Below, one piece after another: positions 13,381-29,035 of a DNA stretch of 64,000 bases. The notes under the pieces were generated by a model. That model was not told the DNA's origin, did no database searches, and was given only the letters and a program-made list of their open reading frames with translations. The stretch's first letter is position 1. Each line of letters starts with the position of its first letter. The stretch covers positions 70,308,001 to 70,372,000 of the forward strand of contig NC_043001.1 in the NCBI RefSeq assembly GCF_006345805.1, given 5' to 3'. The position numbers and the translations under genes were made by a program. The DNA is from Octopus sinensis (taxonomy: Eukaryota).

Positions 13381-14960
13381 AATGATTTCTTTATTGACCA
13401 CAAGGGGCAACATAGGGGGAAAACACAAGACGTATGAGGACAAAAAACGAATGAAAGAAAAATGAAATGAATATGAAAACATGAATGAAGCCTTTTGGCC
13501 TCACCTCCGAGTGACTTCCTTCATCCTGTTAACACGACCTTAAATGTAATCAAACTCCATCTTTCTGTAGAATGTCAATATTGGAATCATCTCGGAGATC
13601 ACTATAGTTTATATATTTTAGTACCTTACTGGTGTCCATTATCTTCTCCCAGTATTGAAAGTCTTTATTGTAGTTAACTATTTTTGACATTTGATTCCGG
13701 TTTTCCAGCACACAATTATAACGCCGTGGTATCCCAGTATAAGTTCCCGAATTAACTGTTATTGCATCTTCCCAAGTCTTTATGATTTTGCAGAGTTCTT
13801 TATTTAAACCGTCGTATATCACTACGTGTTTTTGTTCTTCATAGGCCGGGATAGAGAAAGTTTTGGGATCCTGTGTGCCTGCGTTTTTCTTTGTGTCGGT
13901 GGGTGTGGAGAGGGTTGGCGTCTGTAGGGGCAGAATGGGGCAAAGTGGGTACAGGTGGGCGTTGTGTGGGTGTGGGACGGGGGTCGACATGCACAAGGCG
14001 TAACTCTTTCCACTTTTTTCTCTTTTTCCTTCCGAACGTTTCTCAATCATTCCCTTCGTTGTTTGCTTCTTCTTTAGCACTTTAGTTTTCTTTTGTTGGC
14101 GCTAGAGGTATGATTTTTTATCTCTGCTGACGGGCCCTTCTTGGGCCTTTTTGGGCAGCGGAGGACAGTCCGCTTTAATGTGGCCTTTTAGACCACACTT
14201 GTAGCAACGAGGAGTCCTGCCCTCCACTCTGATTCTGATTATCACATTTTGTATAGCGATTAGTTTCTAGTATATTTTCAAGGTCCTTCGGGGCCGCCTG
14301 GGTAATTATATCTAGGTTCTGCCCTTGCTAATTCTTATGAGCTGTGGCTTGGAGGACCACTACCTTATCTTCATTGCACAGCGATATTGCAGCTGATCTC
14401 TAGTGGTATATCTTCTACCATAACCCTGGAAGCAGGTCTCCCAAGGTATATGGATAGAAGTACCATTTCTTATTTCTTTAAAAGGGTTGCCGAGTGTAAC
14501 CTGGCAGTAGCTATCTCTCGGAAGCGCACGTCCACTGTTCCGAACTTCCTTCTTCGGGCAAGATACGAAGCTCCTTGCTAGATTGGTTTCAAGGCTTTTT
14601 CTACTTGCGTAGTCGTTATTATTTCGATTTTCTTTATTTTCGTTCTATATATTATAGTTTTTTCTTTGGTAGCTTTCAAAATTCCTTGGGAAGGGAACAT
14701 CTTTACTCCACACCCTTGTTAGTTCGACTTCGTTGCTGTAGCTCTTGGCAAAAGTCGCAAATTTCTTTCCTTCACCGGTTCCTCCATTATTCGACAGACT
14801 TCAATAGTTCCTCCTCAAAAGATGTAAGGTCCGAGGAAGAGAGGCTTTCATACTCCATTGTTAACACTTGTGCTACCCACTTCTTCGAAGGGGTAAAGCG
14901 TCAACAGACTGCCGTAAGGCGGTAAAACAAGTGTAGCAAAGTGTTTAAAAGACACGAAGC
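13381..14960 (-). mobile_element. ORF1-only Tx1/L1-derived non-autonomous retroelement (HAL1-like)
   Basis: Frameshifted gag-like ORF with CCHC knuckle RVEGRTPRCYKCGLKGHIKADCP (~14170-14240) and RRM-like RKFGTVDVRFREIATARLHS. ORF stops at 13550, followed by ~170 nt of UTR ending gccccttgtggtcaataaagaaatcatt. No EN or RT. Confidence 0.75.
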
Positions 14961-15282
14961 AATTTTAGCAGTAAGCGATTCAACAAAATAACACTCACAT
15001 GGGGACGAATGGTAGGCTGGTAAATTTGGGTGCGTTTTATACCCAATAAGTCGTTTTGCACGTACATCAGGCTTTTCATAAGGATGCGTTCGCAAGCATT
15101 ACCATGTTCACGCAAAGTGAACGAGTTCGAACCCTACATATGTTTTCAAAAAAGAGTGGTGTCATGTGTTAGTGACATCTTTCTGGCGTCAAATTAACTA
15201 AATTTGTGATAAAATACATGTAATCCCAAAATCTTTTGTGAAACAGATAATCTTGTACTGTGCGTCGCTTCTTTTCTAGCTC

Positions 15283-15284
<2 letters not shown>

Positions 15285-15371
<87 letters not shown>

Positions 15372-15375
15372 TTAT

Positions 15376-15408
<33 letters not shown>
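15285..15408. repeat. (TATC)n microsatellite
   Basis: Direct reading. Confidence 0.97.
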
Positions 15409-15411
<3 letters not shown>

Positions 15412-16240
15412 AGATTACAAAACGTATACACCAACATAAACGCATATATGTATGAGTATGTGTGTCTGTCTGTTTGTCTATCTATGTGTATATATATACG
15501 AATATTTATATATATACGAATATTTACGAACGTATGCTTGTGTGTATGCATATGCACGCGCACACACAAACATACAGACACTCGCATACACATATATAGG
15601 CATGTGTGTAAATATGTGATGAAATATATTAGTACAATATGTCAAAGAAGAACATTATCTTATTAATTAAGTTAACTTACTGTTTGGTTTAGGGCGAAAC
15701 ATAATTGATAATACTTGCTCCACAAAATAGGGAAAAATTATCTTTAACGTAAAAGTACAACGAAGATTATGTGCATTTTATCGTTTTCTACTCTAATGCT
15801 AATATCCAATTTGTTCAGATACATCTGGTACAAACCATGCTGGGAAGAGTTTAAAATTAGTTCAATAAATCACCTTCACAACCGCCTACACTAATTATAA
15901 TTCAATTCAATGTGAAGCTAGGCGTAAATTCTGCTAATAAATTAATGAAAAACTTCACTACATCTAAACCTTTGAAATTTTTTCTTTGCATTTTGGATCT
16001 CTAATTTATTATTTCCATTTATATATTCTCCGTATCGCTTTTCGTCAAATGCTTTCTGTCAAATTCCTTCTCCTTCAATAAATAATGTTTTCTTCTTGTA
16101 TATTCGACTTTCTGCCCTTTTTTCGCTTTCTCCATTCACTTCTCCTTCTTATTTTTGCTCTGTCTCTCACTTTCTCTCACCTGCTCTCTTTATGTCACAA
16201 TTTTTCTATCTCTTCATACGTACTTTCCTGTATATATATA

Positions 16241-16329
<89 letters not shown>

Positions 16330-16512
16330 GAGAGAGAGTGTGTGTGTATGTGCGTGTATATATATATGGATGGATGAATTATCCTTTGTTTACCGTTAAC
16401 ATGGAAAATTCAATAAACAGTTACCAGGGTAGCAAAATTAACGCAAATAACACGGATGATGCGACCTATTCAAAGGTAGAAACTCTGGGTTAATGTGTAG
16501 TAATTTTTGTAG

Positions 16513-16757
16513 TATAAGTAAATAAATGGAGTTGAAGGAAGATGTTATTAAAATTCTTTTACTTTCGACATATGTTTCGAAGACAACATGGTTTTATTCC
16601 AAAGGAATAAACGCTGTAAAATGCAATCTTCCTGGTGAGAAGATTGCATTTTACAGCGTTTATTCCTTTGGAATAAAACCATGTTGTCTTCGAAACATAT
16701 GTCGAAAGTAAAAGAATTTTAATAACATCTTTCTTCAACTCCATTTATTTACTTGTA
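16513..16757. repeat. Near-perfect palindrome (~116-bp arms, 7-nt spacer CTGGTGA) made from a hammerhead-bearing Penelope-like pLTR
   Basis: Arms ~16516-16631 and 16639-16754 differ by one visible mismatch (ORFs MELKEDV/MELKKDV). The plus arm reads CTTC-CTGGTGA-GAAGA..TCTTC-GAAAC-ATAT-GTC-GAAAG. Confidence 0.93.
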
Positions 16758-16771
16758 TATCTATCTATCTA

Positions 16772-16832
<61 letters not shown>

Positions 16833-17236
16833 GCATATATATATATACGTATATATATATATATATATATACATATACCTCTCTCTCTCTCCATATATAT
16901 ATATATACACATCTATATATATGTATATATGAATTTATATATGTATATATGTGTGTGTGTATTTGTGTGTCTGTGTTTATCCCCACACCATCGCTTGAGA
17001 TCCAATTTTGGTGTGCTTACGTCTTTACAGCTTAGCGGTTCGGTTAAACAGACCGATAGCATACATACTTGGCTTACAAAGAATAAGGCCTGGGGTTGAA
17101 TTGTTCGAATAAAAAGAGAATTGGGAAACGCAAAATAATCTGGTATAGCCAGCCTTATAATGTAGAAGTTTCTACCAGCGTAGCCTGATGCTTCCTGTCG
17201 TGTTTTGACTGGGGACTTCGTGACCTCTGAGATGAA

Positions 17237-17660
17237 ATGCCCAACCTCAAGTTCACTATTATTGATAGGGCGCTACCATATTCACCCGGCACTTATAATT
17301 GCCAGCTGTGCCAATTAGGTAAACTGCGTATCATCCACCAAGTATCCATCAACAAAAAATATGAGGAATCGTATTGCTGTCACCAAAGATACACTTTTCT
17401 GGTAAATTTCAAGCCACTGGCCGCCGGATATACCTCCTTACTACTATTCACCCCTAGCACCGACTGCACCAAGGTCACCGTCATAAATTAAACCCCATGA
17501 ACTGCATAGCAAATCACCAATCCCCAACGCTTTTCCATGCCTGTTTACCAGTATACTCTCACCCCTTGTACACTACCTTTTGTGCATGGTCACGGGGGTG
17601 TATGTCCGCGGGAGGACAAGTGCGTGATTGCGCATATGCATCCGCTCACCGTACACATAA
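17237..17660 (+). mobile_element. Penelope-like element 3' fragment (GIY-YIG endonuclease C-terminus and 3' UTR)
   Basis: LKFTIIDRALPYSPGTYNCQLCQLGKLRII..INKKYEESYCCHQRYTFLVNF resembles the Penelope EN C-terminal C..C..EK / CRH motifs. Confidence 0.7.
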
Positions 17661-17679
17661 TAATAATATCCATTAGACA

Positions 17680-18224
17680 TTTGCAACTAGTATGGACTTG
17701 ACAGAGAAAAAATTGGTATCACCATAAACCCGAAAGCATCATCAAAAATGATAATGTAAAGATGCTGTGGGAATTTAGGATTCAGTGCAACCATGTGATA
17801 GAGAATAGGAAACGAGACGTAGTCTTAATTGAGAAAGAAAGCAAACGATGCTGGATCATAGGTATAGCATTCCCAGCTTATTACAAGGCATGCGATAAGG
17901 AAGAAAGAAAAGTCGATAGATATGACAGGTTAGATTGGGAGGTTAAGCAGTTGAAGTCGATGAAAAATGTACTAGTAGTACCAATAATTGTCGGAGCTCT
18001 GAGAACAGTGAGTAAAAATCTTCAGAAGTACATGGAACAAATACAAGCTGCAATAAGGGTGGATCACTTGCAGAAAACAGCTCTGCTTGGAACTGCTCGA
18101 ATACTCCGGAAGGTGCTCGAAAAATAAGGGCTGTTACCTTATTTCACTTGTAGTGAATAGCTGACACCGTGGTAATCTTCAACGTTAGAAGCTGTGCAAA
18201 GGCAATGGTAATAATGATAATAAT
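17680..18224 (+). mobile_element. R4/Dong-clade non-LTR retrotransposon, 3' fragment (restriction-like endonuclease)
   Basis: KMLWEFRIQCNHVIENRKRDVVLIEK..CWIIGIAFP..VVPIIVGALRTV..LQKTALLGTARILRKVL*; ends in a TAA/TGA-rich tail. Confidence 0.9.
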
Positions 18225-18598
18225 GATTTCATTTATTTGCCACAAGGACGAAGGTTAAGGGGGAACAACACAAAGATGGACATAAAGTGTTGGGGTTTAC
18301 ATATAATGAAATGAGAAAAAAAATTAACGAAAGTAAGTAAACACGGTATACACTGAAAAAGAAGGTACATATGCAAAGCGTACAAAGGTTTAACAGAAAG
18401 AAGTGACCCTCCTGATACAGGAAGGCTTCTTGGGATAATCGAAGAACCCCACTGCGCATGATTTCCTTGAAACCCCAGAAATATGTGCTCTCTCCAATTC
18501 CTTGGCACCTAGAATGTCATGAGGCGCTCACAACCTTTTACCAGTCGGGCAATGGGACCGATGTCTCGCTTTAGTAATTTATAGAGGCTTAGTTGCAG
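18225..18598 (-). mobile_element. 5'-truncated non-LTR fragment with Tx1-type 3' tail (probable ORF1-only family)
   Basis: Minus 3' end cgtccttgtggcaaataaatgaaatcatt; short ORF remnant (PATKPLYKLLKRDIG..) that does not resemble the ORF2 C-terminus at 56752; flanked by (TTC)n and ATT/ATC repeats. Confidence 0.55.
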
Positions 18599-18599
18599 G

Positions 18600-18719
18600 G
18601 AAGAAGAAGAAGAAGAAGAAGAAGAAGAAGAAGAAGAAGAAGAAGAAGAAGAAGAAGAAGAAGAAGAAGAAGAAGAAGAAGAAGAAGAAGAAGAAGAAGA
18701 AGAAGAAGAAGAAGAAGAA
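18600..18719. repeat. (GAA)n microsatellite
   Basis: Direct reading. Confidence 0.98.
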
Positions 18720-19769
18720 CAAGGCCAACAACACAACAACAAAGATCATAGAAATGTTGACAGTACACGGAGCCTTCCACACTAAAAGGAAACCGATAGG
18801 TTGTACTTCTCCAGAAGAAAGGGTGGGAGAGGTTTGATCAGTTGCCAGAGCTGTATCGAAACAGAGGAAAACAGCCTAGGGTCGTATATAAAAAATGCCG
18901 TGGAACGATTGCTGAAACACACGAAGAAGCCAGCGTCATCAAAACAGAAAATTGTGTAACTAAACTAAAATTTAAACCAGAAATGAAGGAGAAAATAAAA
19001 GAAAAGGCTCGGAAGCAAAAAATGTACGTTCTGTAGTTAAAAATGAGGAGGGGTGACCTGAAGATAGAGACAGAAGCACTCGTATGAACAGCTCAGGAAC
19101 AAGCGTTAAGGACCAATTATGTGAAGTCCATAATTGACAACACTACCGATAGCGACAAATGCAGATGTGGTGAGTGGGGTGAAATGCTATAGCTCATCGT
19201 TAGCGAATGCCCGAAATTGAAACAACGCGAATACAAACGACGCCATAGCAATGTAGCAATAATGATACATTGGGAGTTCTGTGGAAATCACAGATGTGAT
19301 ATGAAAAAACTCCAGAACGAGTCACCGAAAAAGAGAACTGCAAAATCCTGATGGATGTAATGATACAGTGCGATCACCTAACCATACATATGAAAGTGGA
19401 CATTGTTGAGGTGAATAAAAAAGAAAGAACATATATGACTGTCGACAACAGGATCAATGTAAAAGAAGAAGAGAATATAAACAACTATGACGATTTATAG
19501 TGGAAAATAAGAAGGTTGTGGTCAATGAAGAGAGCAGACGTGATACCAATAGTTATTGGTACACTTGGAAGTAACAGCTCTCAACTATCAACATGGCTGA
19601 AAAAGATCGATGCAAGTGTGAAAGTAGAACACCTACAAAAAGCAGCATTGCTTGGGACTGCAAGTATTCTTCGCAGGGTTCTTGAAGTATGACAAATAAA
19701 CAAGTGTTATCTTAATTTGCTAGCCTGTATTTTCCATCATACCCAGCAAAATAAGCTGTGAGTTTTCAT
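18720..19769 (+). mobile_element. R4/Dong-clade fragment (RT thumb, Zn finger, RLE), degenerate
   Basis: RLYFSRRKGGRGLISC; DKCRCG..IVSECPKL..EYKRRH; VIPIVIGTLG..LQKAALLGTASILRRVL*; followed by (TAA)n. Confidence 0.88.
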
Positions 19770-19841
19770 ATAATAATAATAATAATAATAATAGTAATAA
19801 TAATAATAATTATAATAATAATAATTATAATAATAATAATA

Positions 19842-19890
<49 letters not shown>

Positions 19891-19896
19891 CGACGA

Positions 19897-19927
<31 letters not shown>
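19770..19927. repeat. Compound (TAA)n-(GAT)n-(GAA)n microsatellite
   Basis: Direct reading. Confidence 0.97.
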
Positions 19928-19929
19928 GG

Positions 19930-20610
19930 GACTGCCTGTTCCCACTGATCTTTGCACTGTGCATGATACCACTAACACTGATTCTGAAGAAAGCAAAGGA
20001 TGGGTATGTATTCAAATGCCGCCAACAAAAATCAACCACTTATTATTTATGGATGACCTCAAATTTATGAGAAAAATTAATCCCAAGTCAGTCCCCTCGT
20101 TGATACGGTGTATACTTTTAGTGTTGATATCAGAATGGATTCTGGAATGAAAAAGTGTGGTGTGTTAGTCTTGAAGAGAGGCAAAATCAAATGTATGGAC
20201 GGGATAGAGATACCATCGGGGGAAGTTATGAAGCAGATAGAAGAGTCGGGTTATAAGTACTTGGGGATACTGGAAATGGAAAAATTGATGGAGAAAGAAA
20301 TGACGGAAAAATTTAAGGTGGAGTACTAACGCAGACTGAGACTCATCCTTAAATTGAAATTAAACGGGCGGAATAAGATTGAAGCTATCAAAACCTGGGT
20401 GGTTTCACTCCTTAGCACAGGTAATTTCATGATCATTAGACGAACTAAACAGCTTAGACAGAAAGACAATGAAGTTGCTGACTAGATATGGGATACTCCA
20501 CCCAAAAACTGACACAGACAGACAGTATGTACCAAGTAAAAGAGGCGGATGAGGAATGATTGGATGCGAACACAGCATTAGAGCAGATGGAAACAACAAG
20601 AGGTACATAG
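19930..20610 (+). mobile_element. R4/Dong-clade RT fragment
   Basis: KINHLLFMDDLK; GMKKCGVLVLKRGK; YKYLGILE; KLNGRNKIEAIKTW; YVPSKRGG. Confidence 0.88.
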
Positions 20611-20637
20611 TTGATTGCCTCGTGTTTTATATATTTA

Positions 20638-20997
20638 ATATGTAAACCCCAACACTTTATGTCCATCTTTGTGTTGTTCCCCCTTAACCTTCGTCCTTGT
20701 GGCAAATAAATGAAATCATTATTATCATTATTACCATTGCCTTTGCACAGCTTCTAACGTTGAAGATTACCACGGTGTCAGCTATTCACTACAAGTGAAA
20801 TAAGGTAACAGCCCTTATTTTTCGAGCACCTTCCGGAGTATTCGAGCAGTTCCAAGCAGAGCTGTTTTCTGCAAGTGATCCACCCTTATTGCAGCTTGTA
20901 TTTGTTCCATGTACTTCTGAAGATTTTTACTCACTGTTCTCAGAGCTCCGACAATTATTGGTACTACTAGTACATTTTTCATCGACTTCAACTGCTT
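20638..20997 (-). repeat. 360-bp inverted duplicate of 17945-18304
   Basis: Apparently identical reverse complement, spanning the junction between two unrelated retroelements. Confidence 0.93.
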
Positions 20998-21264
20998 CAA
21001 TAGCCTATCATACCGGGATAGATGTTGAGAAAAATTTCACCTAGCGCGTAAATATTATTTATTTACTAAACTAAAATCAGAAACCAATTGGTCCAGGAAA
21101 CTAGATAGTAAAAGTTTTGTTTTTCATCCCACAGAGTATCCAATAAACACCCTCCTCCCCAAGCAAGCTTGGTGGGTTGCCGGTTTAGTCGCCGACGACC
21201 CGACAATGCAACAGGTGTGTACTGGGTTACATGTTACCAGTAGCACTCGAAAGTGACCTGACAT

Positions 21265-23775
<2,511 letters not shown>

Positions 23776-24262
23776 TGTATAATGAGATCGAAAGTTGTGG
23801 ATTAATTTAAATGGACAGTGCTGTTCCAGAGGACTGCTATATTTGGATATTCAGAGATATCGTATTTCTTAAAGTATCCCGTTAATGTTCGTTTGGGTGT
23901 TCCACAACCGACATTACATTTACGTAAATTATGTAAAGCCAGCACAACTTGTTCTTCCGTTCTTCCTTTTTCATTTACAACAGAAAAGCATGAAATTCTT
24001 AATTCTTCATTTAATAAATATCCCTATTCACATACAAAGACAAGCACAGACACTAGAAAGCAGAATATATTTAACTATTTAAAACTGATTCCTAGCTTCG
24101 GCAACAATTCCTGCCTCTTTCTCCGATAATGCAGATAACGTGCTAATGTTTCCCAAGGTACTGGAGATGTAAGCAAAATAAGTTTGTCATACATTGAATT
24201 CTAAAGCCATTTCGTACCATACCATTTCTATAGCTTTCATATTTTATTATTCATAATAATAA

Positions 24263-24475
24263 GGCGGTGATCTGGTAGAATCGTTAGCACACCTGGCAAA
24301 ATGCTTCGCTTTTACCTTTTGAGTACAAACTCCGCCGGGGTTGACTTTGCCTTTCCTCCTTCGGGATCGATAAAATATGAACCAGTCATACACTGGGGTC
24401 GATGTTATCGACTATCCCCATCGCCCAGAATTTCAAACTTTCTGCATGTTGTAGACAGAATTATTCTTAATAATA
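24263..24475 (+). mobile_element. tRNA-derived cephalopod SINE
   Basis: Head ggcggtgatctggtagaatcgttagc (A box), degenerate B box gagtacaaactcc, then gttgactttgcctttcctccttcgggatcgataaa. Confidence 0.85.
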
Positions 24476-25353
24476 ACTGAATACCACATTGTATAGATTT
24501 TTAAGTAATATAAAGTAATCTATGATAGAAGCTACGCATATTTAATAAAAGGTATGAATTATAATTTGAAAATTTTAATCGGTTTGTTCTTATTAACATA
24601 AGGAAATTGAACTTTCTATTCCACGTACATAAACCTTGAAGCTTTGGCAATTTTAAGTTCCAGTCTTCCATGATGGAATAACCGAAATACTAGATACATT
24701 GTAAAAAATTCAACCTTTCATGTTCTTGCTTTGCCATAACAAATAATGACCTGAAATGAGGTTGAAAGTTATATAGAATAAAATGTAATTTTCTATCGTC
24801 TAAAGTATATCTATATAATACTTAAAGACGAAGCCATTCATAACCGTGTGCATTACACCATACTACAAGCCACCTTTTCCCAATACCACAGTAGTATAAG
24901 TCAGTGTGTTAAGTTGAGATAAACTAACAAAGAATGGTTCAACTAATATACTCTTCTAACAAAGAACTACAGCACTCCATTCCTAATGTGCGAAAAATCG
25001 ATATTGCGACAACTAGAATGACAATTGTAAACGGCGCAGAAGTGAAGCATATAACAAAATATTGAACTAGAAAGTTGCACCTGACTAATAACTCATATCT
25101 TTGTTAGCAAGGGCAAAATCTCAAGTATTGCGAGATTATCTGATATCGTCGGGTTTGCTATGAGTTTTAATTCATTCCTTCGAAGATAATATTTGTAACG
25201 TAACTGGAGGATCACGAATAGAGGTGCTATATTATTTATTAATGTCAACTACAACTATATCAACAAGAAAATAAAACAGAATTTATCATTATTTGCATGC
25301 GTATATAAATATGTATGTGTATATACACGCATATTTATATATATACATTTAAT

Positions 25354-25421
<68 letters not shown>

Positions 25422-26208
25422 TGTGTGTGTATGCATCTTTACATTCATGCATACAAGCACACAGATCCACACACACACACATACTTATTTGCATACATAG
25501 ATTACAATCCCCCCCATATGGTATATATATATACAGAGAGAGAGGGAGAGAGAGAAAGAGAAAGAGAGCGAAAGAAATAACAAATATATGTGCGACTGTA
25601 TGCGTGTATTTGCGTGTGTGCGAGCGCAAAACTGGAAAGACAAATATGTAATTATATGCACCTCTAAACACGGATAACGCATATAAAGCAGTGTTGTAAG
25701 TACAAACTAATCTCACTTGTGGCGCCGTAATAGCGGTATGACAGAAACAGCAACGGTAAAAACTAGAATGATCAGAGCTTGTGATAAAATAGCAATCTAA
25801 ATTATCATTTATAAGTGATCGACGAAAATAATTTCCGGTAAATGAGAGTGACTGTAAAAATATCTAAGTGACTGGAGAACTGCCTCACATAGCTATTCAC
25901 ATCATATACAATATGTGTTAAAGTTTAGAGATATACGCTGATACAATTTATCATGTTGCAGATAATGGATTGCTATGATTATAAATGAATCTTACAAAGA
26001 ATGGGACGTATTATATATGGAATACTGGAAGATCAATTTAACGGATGTCTGAAAGTGAAATCGGAGATATGATATCAGAATTAATTAAGCACGTATATTT
26101 ATGTCAGTGAGTGTGTATGTGAGACAGAGAGAGGTTGACAAAGAGGCAGAGAGTGCTAGATGCTAAAAACACATTATAAACATACACGTATACACATAAA
26201 CACACACA

Positions 26209-26276
<68 letters not shown>

Positions 26277-26544
26277 TATGTATATATATATGCATACATA
26301 TACAGAGAGAAAGAGAGAGGGTCAATAGATGAGGTCCAGAGATTCTCGATCTGGTAAACAATACCGCTCAAATGATTTGAACTTACACTCCGAAACCTTT
26401 ACCGAGGACGAAGGCTGTAGGGTAAAGCGTGGTTATAAGAGGAATCAAACTGAAGAGATATGAAGACAATGATGCAAATAAACAGATAAAATTGTTTGGA
26501 TTTGATATACAAAATACAGACGTTGATATATTGATAGAGCACAT

Positions 26545-27950
26545 TATTTACATTATTTACAATTGACGGATATTTGTCCTTATCTTGTTAATTTTTAACA
26601 CAACGTTTCAGCTGATATACCCTCCAGCCTTCATCAACACCACTAAAATCAACCCTATGGGTGAGTAAAAGTGGATGGTATCAGAGGTGAAGGGAACACG
26701 ACCAAGTATACGGCATAGACTAAATTCAGAGTCAAACGCAGGTGTTATTCAAATCATTTATACTTACTTTCAACATATGTCTCGAAAAAAGGATTGAAAT
26801 TATTCCGGAGGAGTAAAAAATGATGTAAAACAATGCAATCATCTCGTTAAGGAAAAAGGAACAAAACACATTGATAAGCCATTTTAACCGAATGTGATTA
26901 TCGCGTATGTAAGTATATGATGTAAAGAGAACGGTAACAAGTTATTTTGTTTTTAAAAACCGTTAATAGAGAAAGAGGAGGAGAAAGAAAAAATTAACAG
27001 AAAATTAAGAGTGGAAAAATATAGTGTGATAGATGGATGGGAATAAGGTTTAAAAGTGTAGAAATAGATATATGTTGTGGAAATGAGATGTAAGAAGACA
27101 GTTAAAGGTCGAATTTTATAGATTGGTAGGAATTACTTATAGGAACTTAAGGTATGTTTTTGCAAATGTTTACACCGGTAAACGCGTTCTTTAAACGGGT
27201 TTACAAGAGTATTCTCCGAGAAAAGGATGAGAAATTGCTCTTCATTACAGAGCGAACAAAAATATATACTTTTGTCATATGGAAAACCGAATTGTTTATT
27301 ATGTTTCTTTAGAGACCAAATTAATTTACAAAGCCCAATATTATTGCGTTTATTGATATATCTAAAGGCAGAATAATTGTTAGATATTCTTTTCGACAGC
27401 TAAATCGATGTGCTACTTATATAAAAATTACATCAGACCCGAAAGTAATTTTACATTGATAAACAGAGTTTCTAGTCTTAGAATTACTGCTAAGAAAAGG
27501 CATTCGATTCGAATTTATATCAGAAATATTAATATTGTCGTTATCATTGTTCAAAGAATGATTAGACTTAACAATATCACTGTTATTATTTTCATTAAGT
27601 GGGTTTATATTTAACAACATATGGTTATGCGAAAAAAGGACTCGTGAAAGGTTTTTGGTGTTTGAAAAACCTGTCCTAATTCGGTGTAAATTGATAATAG
27701 AATTGTATCTGTAAATTTTTGGAAAATTCTTATCTATAGCTTCACAAAACTGATAGGGAGATTTGATTTAATCTGTTTCTCAAATGGAATGATCAAACAA
27801 ATTGTTTTACTAGAACACACCTTGTTATTTGTGTAATTATTTTTAAAAGTCCTATATATATGGTGGTGGGGTACACACTCATAAATTTTGTGAAAGAGAA
27901 TAACAGACGTATTAGAAATTAACTTGTGTCAAATCACAACTAGAATACTA
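26545..27950 (-). mobile_element. Penelope-like element remnant (GIY-YIG plus pLTR with truncated hammerhead)
   Basis: NSVYQCKITFGSDVIF(Y)IGSTS GIY-YIG motif near 27410-27480; pLTR 26550-26636 of the 230-720 family, reading (U)UGAUGA-AGGCUG..CAGCU-GAAAC-GUU-GUGUU. Confidence 0.7.
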
Positions 27951-28444
27951 CACTTTGGAAAGTTGTAGATTTGTTGCGTGTTGATAAGGAAGCTGGCGAA
28001 AACAAGACAACCGACAGCCACGAGTGACTCTGGCCAATTTCAGAATGATCCATACTTTATTCAGACTAGCTTTACTTAGTTCTTCCTGATTAACCACGGA
28101 GGAGGTCTGTCGAATCTTTCCCTTGACATAGTTTTGAAAAAGCGATCAATATCCGAGACCGGTTATGTACTAGATTACAATTACTTAAGTCCAGTTTGTC
28201 AAGCCTGCATGTTGCACAGCTCTATCATCTATCGCAGCAAAATTTTGTGTTAGATTTATCACGTATTCTTTTCAAGACATTTCTGTGAGAGAAAATTACT
28301 ATAGTGAATGAGGTGTGCAAAGAGCAGCACTCTTTTTCAGACAGATCTGTTTAACCTCCCCTTCCCCGTTGTCTTAGCACAGGCTGTTTTGACCGGAAGC
28401 TAAGAAGTCATCTGGATTTATAAACAAGTTTCCTTCTTCTAGAC

Positions 28445-28847
28445 CACTGGTTCTTAACTAGGGCCCATATAACACCTGGAGGTCCATAGATAATTTTATG
28501 GGCCCCATGCAGACAAAATAGTAAATTGAAGATTCGCAGCAGGGATTTAGTCTAGATGAAAAAAACTTTGCTTTAGATATATATACTCCAAGAAACAACT
28601 AAGTTTCTTATTCCAGGGCTTAGCATAGTTCAACATGTTTACAGCGATTGAAACACGTTCTCTCTCAGATTGCAACTTCAAACATATATAAGTGAACGTC
28701 TGTTAAACAAAATAAGAAGTTGGAAATAAGTATATATAAAACTATATTTTAAATATCGAAAGGTTATGTGGTTTCATCAGAGTAAAGTAGTAATCAAAGT
28801 GGTACATAGATAAAACACGCTTCAGAAATATTGGTTGAGAATCTGTC
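28445..28847. mobile_element. Probable hAT-type MITE
   Basis: Degenerate short TIRs cactggttcttaac / ggttgagaatctg; internal ggggtcca/gggccca motifs typical of this MITE class; no TSD resolved. Confidence 0.4.
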
Positions 28848-28940
28848 TAGAATCTAAACAGATTTCTTCTAGCTAGAATTAGGAGTCCTTCATTCCCCTG
28901 GGGTTCTACGGCGCGCTCAATCGAGTATTTCCTTGCATAA

Positions 28941-29035
<95 letters not shown>

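Larger units (their letters stand above)
12126..15286 (-). mobile_element. Tc1-family DNA transposon, interrupted by a ~1.6-kb retroelement
   Basis: Degenerate TIRs tattgaaccacaaaagaaacc (12126) and cgcttcttttctagctcatta (to 15286), ~15/21 match; TATA-like gggtataaaa at ~15035-15044; transposase listed separately. Confidence 0.75.

Noticed and set aside
21138-21217. GC-rich 80-nt exon-like segment (cccacag|..CAACAG|gtgtgt; EYPINTLLPKQAWWVAGLVADDPTMQQ)
   Set aside because: Weak donor, no partner exons, and it may be repeat-derived.
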